A DNA stretch of 64,000 nucleotides from Macrostomum lignano (Eukaryota), in contig NIVC01000192.1 of the NCBI GenBank assembly GCA_002269645.1, forward strand, positions 1 through 64,000, written 5' to 3'. Made by a program: the position numbers and the translations under genes. The notes under the pieces were generated by a model, which was given only the letters and a program-made list of their open reading frames with translations, made no database searches and was not told the DNA's origin. This document shows, piece after piece, positions 61,401-64,000 of the stretch; positions within the stretch are counted from its first letter, which is position 1; each line of letters starts with the position of its first letter.

Positions 61401-63566
61401 ATAATCACGGGTGAGCGGCGGGGACGGAGCCATTTTGTTTAAGTGGGCGCCATTTCACTTGAGTGAGTGCCATTTTACTTGAGTAGGCGCCATTTCACTT
61501 GAGTGAGTGCCATTTTACTTGAGTAGGCGCCATTTCACTTGAGTGAGTGACATTTTACTTGAGTGAGTGCCATTTTACTTGAGTAGGCGCCATTTCACTT
61601 GAGTGAGTGCCATTTTACTTGAGTAGGCGCCATTTCACTTGAGTGAGTGCCATTTTACTTGAGTAGGCGCCATTTCACTTGAGTGGGCGCCATTTCACTT
61701 GAGCGGGCACTTTATTTTGTCAGTAGGGGTCAGAAAAATTCAGTACTCAGAGAGAAGTTTCATTTTAACTGAATTCTTGTCCTGCTGATAAAATGAATGA
61801 TAATAATTGGAGTTTCAAACAGTAAAAAGCAGTTTCTAAAACTTATATATACTTGAATATTTTAATGAAAATTCTTCAACTTAAGCAGACTCAGCGTTTT
61901 CAAAAATAATATGAATTTGAGATAATAAAAGCATAGTACAGAGAGAACTCTTTCGGCTCCAAACAAGCATTATTTTAAATCAACCCTGGAAACTGCAGTA
62001 GCAAAGTTTAGTGAGAGACGCAACTGATGAGGCTCGAGCTGCAGCTTCCAATTAAAAAACAGCCTACTTTTTCTTGCTCATGCCTTTCTAATTTTATCGA
62101 ATGTCTAGGCTGCAAAACCTAAGCAGGTCTGTCTGCCTATCCCTTCCCAGCTATAATGCCTTACCTTACCTGCCTGTGAATCAGGTAATTGAGCACAAAC
62201 GGTGACGTGACTCGGCTTACATCACGCCAGCGAGCAGCCGGGATGGGCGGTTGAGTTGATTCGCACATTCAGGGCCGCGGCTGTAGCAGGGCTGGCTGGG
62301 GTGTTGATGTGCGAGGATTTAATTAGATTTAACATTCTCCGACTCCCTGCTCCCTTGATCTTCCCCTCTCTGCCTCTTCTTTTATCCCTTTTAGTCTTGT
62401 TCCCCTTCAGTAGCTTTAGTATCCTCTTCCCTACAAAGCGGGTCAAAGCTGCTCTGAAATAATCAACCAATATAAGGCAGGATGGAAGAGCATTAAGCCA
62501 TGTATTAAAATTCGATAAAACCATACATAAATTGGTTCTAATCCCCTTGAGCAGGCACACAAGCGCGCGGATACGTACGCAGTCATACGCACAGGCACAC
62601 ACTCACACAGGAGTGTACAGCGGCCCTAACTTTATTTATCGTTAGGCATGTACACTTCACTGTGCCTTGGTCCCCTTGGTCCCCTCAAGGGCGTTAATTG
62701 CACGTGCAGAGCCAAGCCGAGATTCCAATTTAGCGCCTGCACTTGGAATCGAGCCAGGGCCGCTGGCACATCAGAGCGCCGCACTAGACCACTGGGCTAC
62801 GGCCCGCCTTTCAAGTCAATTTACTAAGTCGGGATTCATTTGGACAGAAAAATAATTCGGTTTCACCTTGATGCTTAGGCTGAACTGGTCATTAGGATGG
62901 CTGTGAGGGCTTGAGCAAGACAGACAGCTTACTGTTTGGCTTACAGGCTTATCTGGGATACTCTGAGCTGCTCCATTCAAAGAGCAGAGTGAGATGCGGG
63001 CTTTCAATGCGCGATTGTTTCAGCCTAGCAGTGGCGAGAGAGGCAGCTGGGAGACTGCGTGGGGGAGCGAGCTGCAGCCAGGCCGTGCTTAATGAGGCCT
63101 TTCCCGCGGTCTTCCCTCGAGCAGGGGTAGGGTATTCGGGAATTTGTTAAATTGGGATCTCGGAAGAAGCTGATATCACTGCGAAGATTACTCGCATTCT
63201 TGCCAGGATTCGTGGCGAATCGCTGCTCCCCTAATTTTGATCCCCTCGCTCGCTCTGCACCCCAGCCTGGCCTCCCTCGGTCTGAAGAAGCCGCCGCCCC
63301 CCACTGCGGAAGCGAAACCGGACAACCCGGACCGGAAAATTGACGACAACGAAGCTCGGACTGAGACGGAGTCGCCTGAAAAGCAGCAACTGCAGAAGCA
63401 GAAGCAACATCAAGGGAATCAGAAGCAACAGCATCAGGAGCATGAGCAGCAGTCGACCAACTTGACCGCCTCGGAGAGCAACGACTCCGGCTTCGTGGGA
63501 GGAGCAACTGTGGCCAATGGCAAAGTGGCGCAGAGCTCGCTGCCCCCGATTGAAACTGACGCCTAG
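46495..63566 (+). CDS. Single-pass receptor guanylyl cyclase, retinal/sensory (GUCY2D/GUCY2F-like) type, 1151 aa, 14 exons
   Basis: Exons 46495-47161, 49120-49379, 50472-50796, 51535-51622 (TM), 51955-52057, 52873-53040, 53125-53307, 53715-53786, 53872-54270, 54386-54615, 57358-57550, 58748-58962, 61159-61410, 63266-63566 join in one frame (3456 nt), all GT-AG. Signal peptide, kinase-homology domain ([23 protein letters not shown]), coiled-coil, and cyclase motifs [36 protein letters not shown]. Confidence 0.93.
47334..47624 (+). mobile_element. tRNA-derived SINE, family A (CORE/MIR-like central block)
   Basis: A box TAGCCTAGTGG, B box GGTTCGATTCC, central GTGTCCTTGAGCAAGACAC..CCCAGCTGTAAAATGG, (ATT/ACT) tail. 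Second copy at 53342-53637 (-). Confidence 0.8.
48616..49054. mobile_element. hAT-like MITE with internal (CTCCT)n tract, in rGC intron 1
   Basis: Ends CAGGG / CCCTG. Perfect 8-bp TSD ACTTAGAG at 48608-48615 and 49055-49062. Confidence 0.9.
49440..50360. repeat. G-rich 15-17-bp minisatellite (GGGAAGGGATCGATG / GGGAAGGGATCGAGAG) in rGC intron 2
   Basis: Seen directly. Confidence 0.93.
50850..51360. repeat. 35-bp C-rich minisatellite in rGC intron 3
   Basis: Unit CATTCCTACCCCACTACCGACAACCCCACTCCYCN, about 14 copies. Confidence 0.92.
53342..53637 (-). mobile_element. tRNA-derived SINE, family A
   Basis: Reverse-complement homologue of 47334-47624 with a more complete tRNA head (CCTAGTGGTGAGAGCGTCGGACTTACGAC...GTTCGATTCCC). 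Confidence 0.8.
54645..55860. repeat. 24-bp minisatellite in rGC intron 10
   Basis: Unit TAGCCAAGTATCCYGCTGTTCCAT, about 50 copies. Confidence 0.95.
58031..58170. repeat. 35-bp x4 tandem repeat in rGC intron 11
   Basis: Unit CATTACTACAAACAATGCATTGTCTGTAGGATCGT. Confidence 0.92.
59200..59950 (-). mobile_element. Possible Tc1/IS630-like transposon relic
   Basis: Inverted repeats at 59260-59300 and 59745-59785 bracket a minus-strand frame with HTH-like text (KDIARLL; [13 protein letters not shown]). No DDE motif seen. Confidence 0.3.
60410..61017. repeat. 88-bp tandem repeat (~7 copies) in rGC intron 12
   Basis: Unit AGCCACTGCCGCAGAACTGCACTCGGCCATAGACAATACAGCCAATCAAGTTAATAAAAAGCCAATGAATTGGACAGCTCGCAATGGC. 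Confidence 0.93.
61443..61705. repeat. Alternating 20-bp minisatellite in rGC intron 13
   Basis: GCGCCATTTCACTTGAGTGA / GTGCCATTTTACTTGAGTAG. Confidence 0.92.
62545..62805 (-). mobile_element. tRNA-derived SINE, family B
   Basis: Minus strand GGGCCGTAGCCCAGTGGT...GGCTCGATTCCAAGTGCAG; homologous to 41135-41395. Confidence 0.75.
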
Positions 63567-64000
63567 ACTGCCAAGCCACAGCCAATCAGAATGCGGAGTG
63601 GGGTTGCTGTATGAGAGTGGAATGAGGCGGGCGACCATTGTACATTTACCAGACTGAATAGTGATGTACACACTGACCTTTTGCATTGCATGTGAGCAAA
63701 AATTGGAGAATAAGGTACTCATAATTGACCTTTTGCACCCTTTAATTCACAGAGAATCCTGCGTGGATGGCATTGCAAGCCCAGATATTCCCTGTGAGCA
63801 AAGCTTGATGAAGCACGCGCCACTTCACTTGGAATTCCCTGCACTTTTATGATCGCTAATTTTTTTTGCTTTCAGCACCGAAAGAGTTGCAACTAAACTC
63901 TCATGAGCAAGCTTTGAGCACTATTTTTTTATAATTAGAGTATTGTTTCCCTTGTGGTCCATTTCAATTTTTTTGAACCATGAATTCTGCGCACACTGGG

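Noticed and set aside
62023-62050. CTGATGAG as a second hammerhead core
   Set aside because: No GAAA after the stem and no cleavage triplet arrangement.

Overview
Eukaryotic (metazoan) genomic DNA. GC-rich exons, introns packed with minisatellites and a short TTAGGG tract fit a flatworm such as Macrostomum; that assignment is inference, not proof. The protein-coding genes, all on the + strand, are: a mitochondrial glutamate dehydrogenase (5 exons, 535 aa), a VRK-family kinase with a repetitive basic tail (2 exons, 514 aa), a divergent alpha-kinase-like gene that looks catalytically dead, a 14-exon retinal/sensory-type receptor guanylyl cyclase (1151 aa), and one orphan GC-rich ORF. The first 5.36 kb is a 625-bp tandem array. 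Each unit carries, on the - strand, a 237-nt phase-1/phase-1 open exon flanked by canonical splice sites. The 12.5-23.1 kb region is a head-to-tail train of non-autonomous Helitron-like elements, each with a tRNA-like module followed by a minisatellite array. Also present: several hAT-type MITEs with 8-bp TSDs (one nested in another), a fossil hAT transposase, two tRNA-derived SINE families, a degenerate hammerhead/Penelope-like motif, and many micro- and minisatellites. Most long ORFs in the supplied track are artefacts of these repeats. Exon boundaries and homologies were read by eye from recalled family motifs; no database searches were run.
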